Assembly (NCBI GenBank): GCA_015233405.1
Contig: JADFXT010000001.1
Location: 105,386-169,385 of the forward strand
From: Candidatus Omnitrophota bacterium
GTDB taxonomy: Bacteria; Omnitrophota; Gorgyraeia; Zapsychrales; Zapsychraceae
DNA length: 64,000 bases
Direction: 5' to 3'
Shown: positions 38,345-47,906 of the stretch, piece by piece
How the letters are laid out: each line of letters opens with the position of its first letter
Numbering within the stretch: the first letter of the stretch is position 1
Translations under genes and position numbers: made by a program
The notes under the pieces: model-generated
What the model was told of the DNA's origin: nothing
The model's input: the letters and a program-made list of their open reading frames with translations, nothing else
Databases searched by the model: none

Positions 38345-38716
38345 ATGCATTCCATGCCAGAACGCAGACGAGATCCCCGTTTAGAGAACAATATTCCTGT
38401 TAAGATCTGCCAGGAAGACGGGGACATTGTCACGGAAACAGGGAATATCAGCCGGTCCGGCGCCTATTGCCGGGTCACCCGATACATCGAGCCGATGACA
38501 AAGTTCAAGATGTGTCTGCTTATTCCTATTCGAAAAAAAGGAAAAGATGTTACGAAAAAGATCTGTTGTCAGGGTGTTGTCGTCCGTACCGAACCCATCG
38601 TCGGAAAAGAAGAATATAATATCGCGGTCTTTTTTAATGACATCGCCCCGCGCGACGCGGAATGCATTTCGGATTACGTGAATTCCTATTTAGAGAATAG
38701 CACTGGCCATAATTAG
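38345..38716 (+). CDS. PilZ domain protein
   Basis: 123 aa; RRDPR and NISRSG motifs. Confidence 0.8.
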   Translation: MHSMPERRRDPRLENNIPVKICQEDGDIVTETGNISRSGAYCRVTRYIEPMTKFKMCLLIPIRKKGKDVTKKICCQGVVVRTEPIVGKEEYNIAVFFNDIAPRDAECISDYVNSYLENSTGHN

Positions 38717-38784
38717 TATTTTTCCTGTCTTGATTTCCAGAATGATCATCTTGCCTGTTATGATAAAACTAAAGGTGCCACTCA

Positions 38785-39558
38785 GTGTTTGCCTCCAGTG
38801 AAAATCCCATCCATAAGCCAGAAGCCAATAGATTGAAGCCTACAGATGCCAGGCCTTCGGTTCAGGACCACGCCCAACGGGCTAAAATTAACCCGTCGGA
38901 TTCCATAAAAATTCTGTACGAAGATGATTGTTTTGTCGTATTTGACAAGCCGTCTGGCCTGTTGGTCATTCCAACGCCTAAAGGGGAAACGAGGACCATG
39001 ATGTCCCTCGTTAATGAGCAAATTTTAAGGAAGGCTGATGCCCCAAGACTTCATCCTTGCCATCGGCTCGACCGGGAAACGTCCGGCGTCATTATCTTTG
39101 CTAAGGGTAAGCACAATCAGCAGGTGATGATGGACCTTTTTAAACATAAAAAGGTTACCAAAAAATATATCGCGTTTGTGCAGGGGCAATTACTGCATGA
39201 TGCCGGGGAAATCAAAGGATTTACAAAATCATTTGAGCAAAAGATTTATCGAAAGAGTGCGCCGGGATATTTTTCCATCACGCGTTATAAAGTCCTCGAG
39301 CGGCGCAGGCTTTTTTCCATTGTGGAAGTCGAGCCGTTGACCGGGCATACAAACCAGATACGGCTTCATTTTAAAGGCCTGAAGCATCCGCTGGTCGGAG
39401 ACAGAAAATATGCTTTCGGCAAAGATTATGCTTTAAAATTTCGCCGGACCGCGCTGCATGCCTTAAGCATTGAGTTTATGCATCCGTCGACAAAAAAACA
39501 CATTAAAGTTCAATCCCCGTTACCAAATGATATGGAGGTGTTCCTTGGAAGAAATTAA
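38785..39558 (+). CDS. RluA-family pseudouridine synthase
   Basis: 257 aa, GTG start; catalytic HRLDRETSGVIIFAK. No S4 domain. Confidence 0.9.
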   Translation: MFASSENPIHKPEANRLKPTDARPSVQDHAQRAKINPSDSIKILYEDDCFVVFDKPSGLLVIPTPKGETRTMMSLVNEQILRKADAPRLHPCHRLDRETSGVIIFAKGKHNQQVMMDLFKHKKVTKKYIAFVQGQLLHDAGEIKGFTKSFEQKIYRKSAPGYFSITRYKVLERRRLFSIVEVEPLTGHTNQIRLHFKGLKHPLVGDRKYAFGKDYALKFRRTALHALSIEFMHPSTKKHIKVQSPLPNDMEVFLGRN

Positions 39559-39859
39559 TGTCAAAGGCCGTTCTTTAAATGATTTAGCCGCGTTATGCCA
39601 CAGCATTGCCAAAGAAAAAGGGTTTTGGGACGAGAAGCGTAATATCGGAGAAGCGCTCATGCTCATCGTCACCGAGCTTGCCGAAGGGATGGAGGCATAT
39701 CGTAAACAGGACCAGGAAAATTTCAAAGAAGAACTGGCCGATACGTTCATCCGTTTGCTGGACCTTTGTGGAGGTCTTAACATTGACATCGAGGAAGAGA
39801 TTCATAAAAAATGCCTAAAGAACAAAAATCGTCCCTACAAACACGGGAAGATTTGTTAA
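39545..39859 (+). CDS. MazG-like nucleotide pyrophosphohydrolase domain protein
   Basis: Core LAALCHSIAKEKGFWDE...ELAEGMEAYRK...EELADTFIRLLD has the EExxE/D pattern. The start is uncertain: TTG 39545 lies after GGAGG, and ATG 39527 is also possible. Confidence 0.62.
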   Translation: MEEINVKGRSLNDLAALCHSIAKEKGFWDEKRNIGEALMLIVTELAEGMEAYRKQDQENFKEELADTFIRLLDLCGGLNIDIEEEIHKKCLKNKNRPYKHGKIC

Positions 39860-39869
39860 GGAGGGGTCC

Positions 39870-40394
39870 ATGATAAAGAAGATTTTATATGCCCTAATGA
39901 TCTTATGTTTGACCGGTTGTGCGACGGTGAGCATTCCCCGCTATATCAAAGATGATTATCCTTATAAAGAAAAAATTTCTGCCGACTATGACTCTGTCCT
40001 CAAAGCCGCGCATCAAGCCTTGAAGGATTTGCACTGGACGGTTGGGGGTGAATCCGAGCCGGCGGTTTTTGAGGAGTCCAAGGATATCCAGGACCCCAAT
40101 AATAAACAGGTGATGCTCTTTACTGAGATCCGTCAGTCGTCGATGTTTTTATGGACGCACTATTCCCGCATCAATGTTTTTTTGCGAGGGTATAAGGATG
40201 AATTTACGGAAGTCGAGATCCGCTATTTAGGGACGACGTCCGTGATGTTCATGAAGTTTGCCGGTTATCATAATGACCGGCTTGCCAAAAAATTGTTGGC
40301 GAAGATCAAGAAGAACCTTACGATACAGAATTCCCGGGATTTAGGAGCTCCTCCAAAATCCCAAGACGCTGACGGAAAAATCCCTCATGGATAA
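39870..40394 (+). CDS. lipoprotein, unknown function
   Basis: 174 aa; signal plus lipobox MIKKILYALMILCLTGC. Confidence 0.7.
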   Translation: MIKKILYALMILCLTGCATVSIPRYIKDDYPYKEKISADYDSVLKAAHQALKDLHWTVGGESEPAVFEESKDIQDPNNKQVMLFTEIRQSSMFLWTHYSRINVFLRGYKDEFTEVEIRYLGTTSVMFMKFAGYHNDRLAKKLLAKIKKNLTIQNSRDLGAPPKSQDADGKIPHG

Positions 40395-42363
40395 GTTTGT
40401 CCTGGAAAGCAAATTTCAACCTGTCGTCGAGCAAAGCGAGGCGGTGGAGAAATTAGTGAAGGGTATTGACGCGGGGATCCCTTCTCAAATCCTGTTAGGC
40501 GTGACCGGAAGCGGCAAGACGTTCACTCTCGCCAACGTTATTGCCAAGATCAACCGCCCCACATTGGTCATTTCCCATAATAAGACTTTAGCCGCACAGC
40601 TCTATGGCGAATTTAAAGAGTTTTTCCCCCATAATGCCGTCGAATTCTTCGTGAGCTACTATGATTATTACCAGCCTGAAGCTTATATCCCTCAGACGGA
40701 TGTTTATATCGAGAAAGATGCGTCCATCAATGACCGTTTGGACCGATTGCGGTTGTCCGCCACGACATCTTTGATGTCCCGACGGGACGTGATTATCGTT
40801 GCAAGCGTTTCGTGTATTTATAACTTAGGCTCGCCGGAAGATTACCGTGAATATCTTTTGTATTTGAAAGAAGGGGAGAATTTAGACCGGGACGAAGCGT
40901 TAAGAAAACTCGTCGACATTCAGTACGAGCGTAACGATTATGAGTTTTCCCGAGGGAAATTTCGTGTGCGCGGCGATGTGGTCGAAGTTTATCCGGCGTA
41001 CCGCCAGGATGCGCTAAGGATCCAATTCTTCGGTAACACTATTGAGAAGATCCAGCAGATCGACCCTGTTTCCGGCGAGGAAATCCAAAGGCTACAGACC
41101 ACGGCGATTTATCCGGCGAAACATTTTATTATCTCGCACTCTCGCGTCGAAGACGCTTGCGCCGAGATCGAGGGGGAACTAAAAATCCGGCTCTCAGAAC
41201 TTAAAGCCGAAGGAAAGCTTCTCGAGGCTGAGCGTTTAAATGCCCGCACGCGTTATGACATGGAAATGCTTCGAGAAATCGGCTATTGTCACGGCATTGA
41301 GAATTATTCCAGGCATCTTTCAGGCCGTCCGCCGGGAAGCCGGCCGTTTTGTTTGATTGATTATTTTCCTAAAGATTTTTTGACACTCATTGACGAGTCA
41401 CATGTGACTATTCCGCAAGTCCACGGGATGTATGAAGGCGACCGTTCCAGGAAAGAAGTTTTAGTCACGCACGGGTTTCGTTTGCCGTCGTGCCTGGATA
41501 ATCGTCCGCTTAAATTTAATGAGTTTAAAGACACTATCGATCAATGCATTTATGTTTCGGCGACGCCGGGGCCGTTTGAAAAGAAGGATTCTAAAAATCA
41601 GGTGGCTGAACAGATCGTTAGGCCTACCGGTATCATTGACCCGCCGATTGAAGTTCGTTCGACGGAAGGCCAGGTGGATGATCTGGTTAAGGAAATTAGA
41701 AAGCATACAGCCCGTGGAGGCCGAACGCTGGTCACGACCTTAACCAAGCGGATGTCGGAGGATCTAACCGAGTATTTACAGGACAAGGGGCTTAAAGTAA
41801 AATACCTTCATTCGGATATCGAGACGATTGACCGTTCGAAGATCCTTAAAGATCTGCGTCTTAAGAAGTTTGATTGTCTCGTCGGTGTAAATCTTTTAAG
41901 AGAAGGGTTGGATTTGCCGGAAGTCTCGTTGGTCGCTATCTTTGATGCAGACAAACAGGGATTCTTGCGCTCGGAAACGTCATTGATCCAAGTCTCCGGC
42001 CGTGCGGCGCGAAATATTGATGGCGTTGTGATCATGTATGCTGATAAGATAAGCGCGGCGATGCAGAAGGCCATCGGTGAATGCGAGCGCCGGCGTAAGA
42101 TCCAAACAGAATACAACAAGAAACATCACATCACGCCGCAGACGATTCAAAAGGCTATTGCCGAGGGCGGTATCGACGAGCTGGCAGAAGAAAAAACGGA
42201 AGAAATTGTCTTAGGCGCCATTGGAAAGAATAAAGAAGATTATATCTTGTCGGAATATGTGGCTGAATTGGAACGTGAAATGGAGCTTGCTGCACGGAAT
42301 CTGCAGTTTGAAAAGGCCGCGATTTTTAGGGACAAAATAAAAGAATTGAGAGGACAAAAATGA
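40387..42363 (+). CDS. uvrB: excinuclease ABC subunit B
   Basis: 658 aa; GVTGSGKTF, DESH, helicase motifs and a C-terminal UVR domain (FEKAAIFRDKI). Confidence 0.97.
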   Translation: MDKFVLESKFQPVVEQSEAVEKLVKGIDAGIPSQILLGVTGSGKTFTLANVIAKINRPTLVISHNKTLAAQLYGEFKEFFPHNAVEFFVSYYDYYQPEAYIPQTDVYIEKDASINDRLDRLRLSATTSLMSRRDVIIVASVSCIYNLGSPEDYREYLLYLKEGENLDRDEALRKLVDIQYERNDYEFSRGKFRVRGDVVEVYPAYRQDALRIQFFGNTIEKIQQIDPVSGEEIQRLQTTAIYPAKHFIISHSRVEDACAEIEGELKIRLSELKAEGKLLEAERLNARTRYDMEMLREIGYCHGIENYSRHLSGRPPGSRPFCLIDYFPKDFLTLIDESHVTIPQVHGMYEGDRSRKEVLVTHGFRLPSCLDNRPLKFNEFKDTIDQCIYVSATPGPFEKKDSKNQVAEQIVRPTGIIDPPIEVRSTEGQVDDLVKEIRKHTARGGRTLVTTLTKRMSEDLTEYLQDKGLKVKYLHSDIETIDRSKILKDLRLKKFDCLVGVNLLREGLDLPEVSLVAIFDADKQGFLRSETSLIQVSGRAARNIDGVVIMYADKISAAMQKAIGECERRRKIQTEYNKKHHITPQTIQKAIAEGGIDELAEEKTEEIVLGAIGKNKEDYILSEYVAELEREMELAARNLQFEKAAIFRDKIKELRGQK

Positions 42364-43133
42364 AACGTAAAAGTTGTTCTGATCTGCTGACCATTGACAT
42401 TGGGAATACCACAACGGCATTAGCGGTATTTTGCGGGAAGAAGATCGCACATGTTTACAGAATTGATTCGCAGCTTCCTAAGAAAGGCTATGAATATCAA
42501 TTGTCGTTGATCCTTCAGAAAATTAAAAAGTCTGCTTGCGGCCTTAGGGTCCCTATTGTTTGTAGTGTTGTGCCCCGGTTGACTAAAATAGTCGAGACAC
42601 AGATACAAAAACAATTAAAGATCGGGTCTAAGGTCGTCGGACGGGATGTTGAAGTTCCTATTGAGAATAATTATCATCTGCCTAAACAAGTCGGGCAGGA
42701 TCGATTGATGTGCGCTTATGCGGCTAAAGAATTGTATGGTTCGCCGTGTTTGGTGATCGATCTAGGGACGGCTATCACGATTGACGTTGTTTCTGCTCGA
42801 GGAGTTTATGAGGGCGGGATGATTATCCCTGGCATCCGTTTGTCGTTAGCGTCGCTGTTTGAACATGCGGCGCTTTTGCCGGAAATCGAGAAAGTCGAGG
42901 TCCCTAAACATCTCGTCGGGAAGAATACCAGGGAAAGCATGTTAAGCGGGGTCTTTTATGGTTATGGCGCGATGCTTTCCGGTTTGATTGACATGATGGC
43001 CAAGAATTTGAAAGGGAAGCCCAAAGTCATCATCACCGGAGGATATGCAGAGTTGATGAAGCAATTTCTCGTCAAGAAGGATAGCCGCATCGATGCCGAC
43101 CTTATTTTTAAAGGAATGCAGTTATTGATATAG
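42360..43133 (+). CDS. coaX: type III pantothenate kinase
   Basis: 257 aa; TIDIGNTTT, VIDLGTAITIDV. Confidence 0.92.
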   Translation: MKRKSCSDLLTIDIGNTTTALAVFCGKKIAHVYRIDSQLPKKGYEYQLSLILQKIKKSACGLRVPIVCSVVPRLTKIVETQIQKQLKIGSKVVGRDVEVPIENNYHLPKQVGQDRLMCAYAAKELYGSPCLVIDLGTAITIDVVSARGVYEGGMIIPGIRLSLASLFEHAALLPEIEKVEVPKHLVGKNTRESMLSGVFYGYGAMLSGLIDMMAKNLKGKPKVIITGGYAELMKQFLVKKDSRIDADLIFKGMQLLI

Positions 43134-43147
43134 ATCCTCTAGAAAAA

Positions 43148-44353
43148 ATGAGCATTAATCCCAAAAATTCTTTTAACGGCAAAATGGCCCTGTTCATTAT
43201 TATTGCCGTATTTTTTTTCGCTTTTTTTGGGATGATGGATGTTTTCCATGTCAACCTCATGGAACAAATGGGGATTCCGGTTATCAAACTTTGTTTTGCG
43301 GATTTAAGAGTTTTGACCTCTGGATGTGATGCTTTACGGGCGGGAGATGACCCGTTACTTTTGAATCCATTGGACCCGTGGAAACGACCGACGAATTATC
43401 CGCGAATTTGGCTTGTTTTAGCGGCATTAGGTGTTCATCAGACGCATACGATTTTAATCGGTGTTTTGTTGGTAGTTTGTTTTTATGTTTCCATATTTAA
43501 GATTATTCCGTCGATTAATGGCTTCTTAGACTTACTTATTTACAGTCTGATTATTTTGTCTCCTGCATGTATGCTGGCGGTCGAACGCGGCAATGTGGAT
43601 ATGGCCGTATTTATAATTTTGTCTTTCGCTCTGTTTATCCCGGAGAGGAATAAATTGTTTTTTTATTTTTCTTTATTATTGGCATCGCTATTAAAATTTT
43701 TTCCTGTTTTTGCTTTCCTCGCGGCCTTTAAAGAATCGCCCAAAACTTTTATAAAAGTAGGCGTGGTTTGTTCCTCCTTGTTTTTATGCTATCTTTTGTT
43801 TACTTGGAAAGATTTTTTAATGATTGATAAAGCAACTCCGCGCATGATGTATTCTTCTTATGGCAATTTGGTCTTAATGTGCATCTGCTCGCGGCTTATT
43901 TTTTCGACACGATTATGGAGATGGGGAGGATTCCTCTTAACGGCACTTGTTTCTTTAGGGGCATATAGTTTAGCGCGATTTAAGGGCAAAGATATGCGGC
44001 CTTCTTTAAGCCATATCACTTCTTTTCGAATAGGGGCAGGGATTTACGTCGGGACATTTCTTTTAGGGAATAACTTTGTTTACCGGTTGATCTTCCTGAT
44101 ATTTACGATCCCGCAGTTTTTAGACTGGGCCCGCAATGCTGACGGTGAGCTAAAACAGCTAGCTCAGGTTTCTTTATTACTGATGATCATCATTTTTTGG
44201 TCGTTGCTCTGGACACAATATGTTCCTTTCCTGAATTGGGGCGGCATTTCCGTCCTAGAGGAAGTTTTTACCTGGTCTTTGTTCGCGATTTTAATTGCTG
44301 TGTCATTTAGCTCGCTTCCACATTGGGCAAAAAGAGGATTAAAATTATCTTAA
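43148..44353 (+). CDS. polytopic integral membrane protein (possible GT-C-type glycosyltransferase)
   Basis: 401 aa, hydrophobic throughout with many predicted TM helices. I recognise no diagnostic motif, so the function is a guess. Confidence 0.75.
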   Translation: MSINPKNSFNGKMALFIIIAVFFFAFFGMMDVFHVNLMEQMGIPVIKLCFADLRVLTSGCDALRAGDDPLLLNPLDPWKRPTNYPRIWLVLAALGVHQTHTILIGVLLVVCFYVSIFKIIPSINGFLDLLIYSLIILSPACMLAVERGNVDMAVFIILSFALFIPERNKLFFYFSLLLASLLKFFPVFAFLAAFKESPKTFIKVGVVCSSLFLCYLLFTWKDFLMIDKATPRMMYSSYGNLVLMCICSRLIFSTRLWRWGGFLLTALVSLGAYSLARFKGKDMRPSLSHITSFRIGAGIYVGTFLLGNNFVYRLIFLIFTIPQFLDWARNADGELKQLAQVSLLLMIIIFWSLLWTQYVPFLNWGGISVLEEVFTWSLFAILIAVSFSSLPHWAKRGLKLS

Positions 44354-44363
44354 CGAGGTTAAT

Positions 44364-46019
44364 ATGAAGCAATTGAAAATGAGCCAAATTTTATCTTTCA
44401 TTTTATCAAAGCAAAAAATTATTTTTTTTGTCTTAACCCTCTTATCAGGGCTTTGGATCTTATCTTCCTTTAGTGATTTCCAATATTATCTTGCCCAAGG
44501 CGACCATGGCCAGCATTTATATTCCACAAAAATGGCTTTTGATGGCCATAAACCATATCGTGATTTCTTCTGGTGGTATAGCCCTTTGATGCTTTATTAT
44601 TATAGTTTCTTTTATTATTTCTTTGGCGTGACGATTCAAAGCATTCTTCTCGGGCAGAATATTTTGCTTCTTCTGTCTGGCATCTTTATTTATCTTGCCA
44701 GTTCTGTTTTTATTTCTCCGGTTCTTTCTTTTATGTGCGCTTTATGGTATTGGACACAGCGGGGGATGGACTTTGCCTATACGTTCAATCATCCCGGAGG
44801 AGTTCTCCTTTTAACGATCATATTATATTGCCTTTTTGAGTATTTCAAAAAACCGCGGAATGTTTATGTCTGGCTCGGTGCTTTAAACATTTTTTTACTT
44901 TTCTTTGTCCGCATCAATATGGCCTTAGGCGTCTTGGTCTTATTTTTTATTTTTTTAAGCATCTCTAACGCTTTTCATCAAATCCCTAATTCTGCGAAAC
45001 AAAATAAATTTTATTTTCTTCTGGGAACCGCGGTTTTGGCAGGTTCCTTTTTAATTTATTGGTATCTTTTAAAAGGTCTGCCAGCCTATATTATCCATCA
45101 ATGTTTTGCTTATTTTAAAAGCGATCAAGTTCAACATAGCTATGCCATTTTCCCGAAGCTCTATGATCTTTTGATGATGGCCAAGGCTTTTTTTAATACA
45201 AACCCGATCAAAAGAGTTTTAGGGGGCGCACTTGTTTTATCTCTCGTGCAGATCGCTTTTTCTATCACAAGAAAAAAGGTCACAGAACAAGAAACCAGAA
45301 CGCTTCTTTTTCCCGGCATTTGTCTTTTTGTTCTTATGATGCTTTGTTTGCATGAATTTATTATGAGCGGCATAGTGTACCGGGCAAACTGGGCCATTTC
45401 GTTTGAAGCTATGCTAATATTTTTGCTTCTCGAATCCCTTTTTCGTTTAAGAGGACCGCTTTTGATCACACCGTTGATAAAGGTTTCTATTGTATGGATG
45501 GTTTTTGGGGTTTTGTTGTTGAGCGCCATTGATAATTATTATCTGATTGAATCTTATAAAAGCCCCGAACATGAACTTATTGTCGGAAAGAATCATATTT
45601 ATACGACCCAGCCGTTGTCTTGGTTTAAGACCGTCGAGCAAACAACGCAATTTATCAAAGAGCACACGAAGCCAAGTGAAAAAATATTTGCCATTCCCTA
45701 CGAGCCTCTGTATTATTTTTTGGCTGAACGGGATTGTGCCACGCGCCAGACAGCATTTTTCTTGTTTAATAATATTACTGAAGAACAGGAACGAAAGACC
45801 ATCGAGGACTTAGAAAAAGAAAAAGTGAATTGGATTATTCTTTCCAATCGGATTGTTTCTACGGAATATGGGATGGGCATCTTTGGCCAGACTCATTGTA
45901 AGATTCTTTGGGAATATATTAATAAAAATTTCGGGGTGTTTACTCAATTCGGAGAACACCTCCATGAATCTGGCGACTGGGCGACAAATCATTCTACCTA
46001 TATTTTAAAACGCAAATGA
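44364..46019 (+). CDS. polytopic membrane protein with C-terminal soluble domain (GT-C/ArnT-PMT-like layout)
   Basis: 551 aa; about 12 hydrophobic helices followed by a soluble domain of roughly 150 aa, the architecture of GT-C glycosyltransferases. The assignment is tentative. Confidence 0.75.
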   Translation: MKQLKMSQILSFILSKQKIIFFVLTLLSGLWILSSFSDFQYYLAQGDHGQHLYSTKMAFDGHKPYRDFFWWYSPLMLYYYSFFYYFFGVTIQSILLGQNILLLLSGIFIYLASSVFISPVLSFMCALWYWTQRGMDFAYTFNHPGGVLLLTIILYCLFEYFKKPRNVYVWLGALNIFLLFFVRINMALGVLVLFFIFLSISNAFHQIPNSAKQNKFYFLLGTAVLAGSFLIYWYLLKGLPAYIIHQCFAYFKSDQVQHSYAIFPKLYDLLMMAKAFFNTNPIKRVLGGALVLSLVQIAFSITRKKVTEQETRTLLFPGICLFVLMMLCLHEFIMSGIVYRANWAISFEAMLIFLLLESLFRLRGPLLITPLIKVSIVWMVFGVLLLSAIDNYYLIESYKSPEHELIVGKNHIYTTQPLSWFKTVEQTTQFIKEHTKPSEKIFAIPYEPLYYFLAERDCATRQTAFFLFNNITEEQERKTIEDLEKEKVNWIILSNRIVSTEYGMGIFGQTHCKILWEYINKNFGVFTQFGEHLHESGDWATNHSTYILKRK

Positions 46020-46040
46020 TAAGGGATAAAAAACATTTCT

Positions 46041-46691
46041 ATGCAGCCTGATAAAATATTGGTTTCGGACTTCGACGGGACCATCACAAAATATGATTTT
46101 TATGATTTGGTTTGCCAGGAATTCCCTGAGATCGCCGGAGGATTTTGGGATCAGTATGAAAAAGGGGAAATCACTCACTTTGAGGCCTTGCGCGGGATAT
46201 TTGCAGGGTTACGTACGGAGGAATCTCGGTTACTACAAATAGTAGATAGTATGCAAATTGATCCGCGGCTTTCAGCGTCAGTGACTAAGCTTGCGAATAA
46301 TGGTTGGAGCGTTGTCGTTGCTTCCGCCGGATGCGATTGGTATATTCGACGGTTGTTAAAAGAAAGCGGCGTATCTATTTCTGTACACGCTAATCCGGGG
46401 GATTTTTCATCGACGGAAGGACTCAAGATGCGATTGCCAGAAGATTCTCCGTTTTTTTCGCCGGAACTAGGTGTCAATAAGGTCGCTGTGGTGCGTGATG
46501 CGTTAAAAAAGTCTGCGTGCGTGGCGTTTGCCGGTGACGGTCGTCCAGATCTGGCGCCGGCGTTGTTAGTTCCACCGCAAAGGCGGTTTGCCAAAAATTG
46601 GCTTGCCAAGAAATTACAGGAAATCGGCGAGGATTTTCAAGCCTTTGATACATGGTCAGACGTGGCGGAAAAACTTCTTCAAGGAGAGTAA
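46041..46691 (+). CDS. HAD-superfamily phosphatase (subfamily IB-like)
   Basis: 216 aa; DxDxT motif VSDFDGTIT and a later GDGRPD. Confidence 0.8.
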   Translation: MQPDKILVSDFDGTITKYDFYDLVCQEFPEIAGGFWDQYEKGEITHFEALRGIFAGLRTEESRLLQIVDSMQIDPRLSASVTKLANNGWSVVVASAGCDWYIRRLLKESGVSISVHANPGDFSSTEGLKMRLPEDSPFFSPELGVNKVAVVRDALKKSACVAFAGDGRPDLAPALLVPPQRRFAKNWLAKKLQEIGEDFQAFDTWSDVAEKLLQGE

Positions 46692-46694
46692 AAA

Positions 46695-47747
46695 ATGTTA
46701 AGGAACACCTCGATTGTTATTCCAACGCTCGTGCGTATTAAACCTGGCGCGTTGGATCGCCTCGGCGTTTATGCCAAGCGCAATCAGTTTAACAACATTG
46801 TCCTTTTTTATAGTAAAGAACTAGACGCGGCGCTAATTGAGCGGGTCAATCAATCCATGGGTCGGGAATCTATTGATGTTTTGCAGCATATTGAGATTTC
46901 TTCCTCGAGCTTTGAACATGCGGAAAAGATTTTTCAGTCTTTACCCCACAAGACGAACGCTATTATTGCCTTCGGTGGAGGCAAGGCGCTTGATGTCGCT
47001 AAATATGTCGCGTTTTTATCGCGGCTCCCTTATATTGCGGTGCCGACGGCGTTGTCCAATGACGGATTTTGCAGCCCGCAGTGTAGCCTAGATTTTCAGG
47101 GCAAGAAGCGTTCTTTGCCGGCGGCCATGCCGTACGGTGTTGTGATTGATACGGAAGTTTGTTTAAACGCGCCGAAGATCCTTTGGATTTCCGGCATTGG
47201 GGATCTTGTTTCTAAGATTACGGCGGTTTATGATTGGAAGATCGCTTATAAGAAAAAAGGGACGCAGCTTGATGATTTTTCTGCGCTTTTATCGGATGCC
47301 ACGGTTTTTCAGTTAATGGCAAAGCCCGACCATGATCTCGAAGGGATGCGTTTACTCGGTACCGCGCTTATGCTTAATGGCATTGCCATGGAGATCTGCG
47401 GCTCCTCGCGTCCGGCGAGCGGCAGCGAGCATTTGATTTCCCACGCGCTTGACCTTATCAGTAAGAAACCGCACCTTCATGGGATACAAGTTGGTACGTC
47501 GACATATATTATGAGCCAATTACAGGGATGCCGCGGAACCGATCGGATCGCAAAAGTTTTTGATACGATCGGATTTTGGGACGCGGTTAAAGCAGATCCA
47601 TTTATCCGAAGTGAATGGCTCGAGGCATTCAAAATCGCACCGACCATCAAATCCGATTTCTACACCATTCTCTCCGAAAAAGATTATACTCAGGATTTTA
47701 TCCGTATCCTGGATAACGACTCCCGCCTTCAAGGGGTTTTTGTCTAA
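46695..47747 (+). CDS. iron-containing alcohol dehydrogenase superfamily, glycerol-1-phosphate dehydrogenase (EgsA/AraM)-like
   Basis: 350 aa; FGGGKALDVAKY, VPTALSNDGFCSP, GDLVSKITAVYDW, SGSEHLISHALD, LHGIQVG resemble G1PDH family signatures as I recall them. Confidence 0.6.
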   Translation: MLRNTSIVIPTLVRIKPGALDRLGVYAKRNQFNNIVLFYSKELDAALIERVNQSMGRESIDVLQHIEISSSSFEHAEKIFQSLPHKTNAIIAFGGGKALDVAKYVAFLSRLPYIAVPTALSNDGFCSPQCSLDFQGKKRSLPAAMPYGVVIDTEVCLNAPKILWISGIGDLVSKITAVYDWKIAYKKKGTQLDDFSALLSDATVFQLMAKPDHDLEGMRLLGTALMLNGIAMEICGSSRPASGSEHLISHALDLISKKPHLHGIQVGTSTYIMSQLQGCRGTDRIAKVFDTIGFWDAVKADPFIRSEWLEAFKIAPTIKSDFYTILSEKDYTQDFIRILDNDSRLQGVFV

Positions 47748-47906
47748 TTGTTTTTCAAGAAGGAAACACAAAGAAAGCGTTTCCAGAACATCGATTCCCT
47801 CGCCTTGTTTTTTCCCTTTTATATGTAATACTTTATGTAGTAATGGATCTGCATCTATGACTCTGCTTCGTTGGTTTTAGACAAACCTTATACAGGGGGA
47901 GAGGAA

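Noticed and set aside
47871-47906. TTG start at 47871 for the giant ORF
   Set aside because: ATG 47907 is preceded by a strong GGGGGAGAGG Shine-Dalgarno and yields a proper signal peptide. The 12 extra residues add nothing recognisable.
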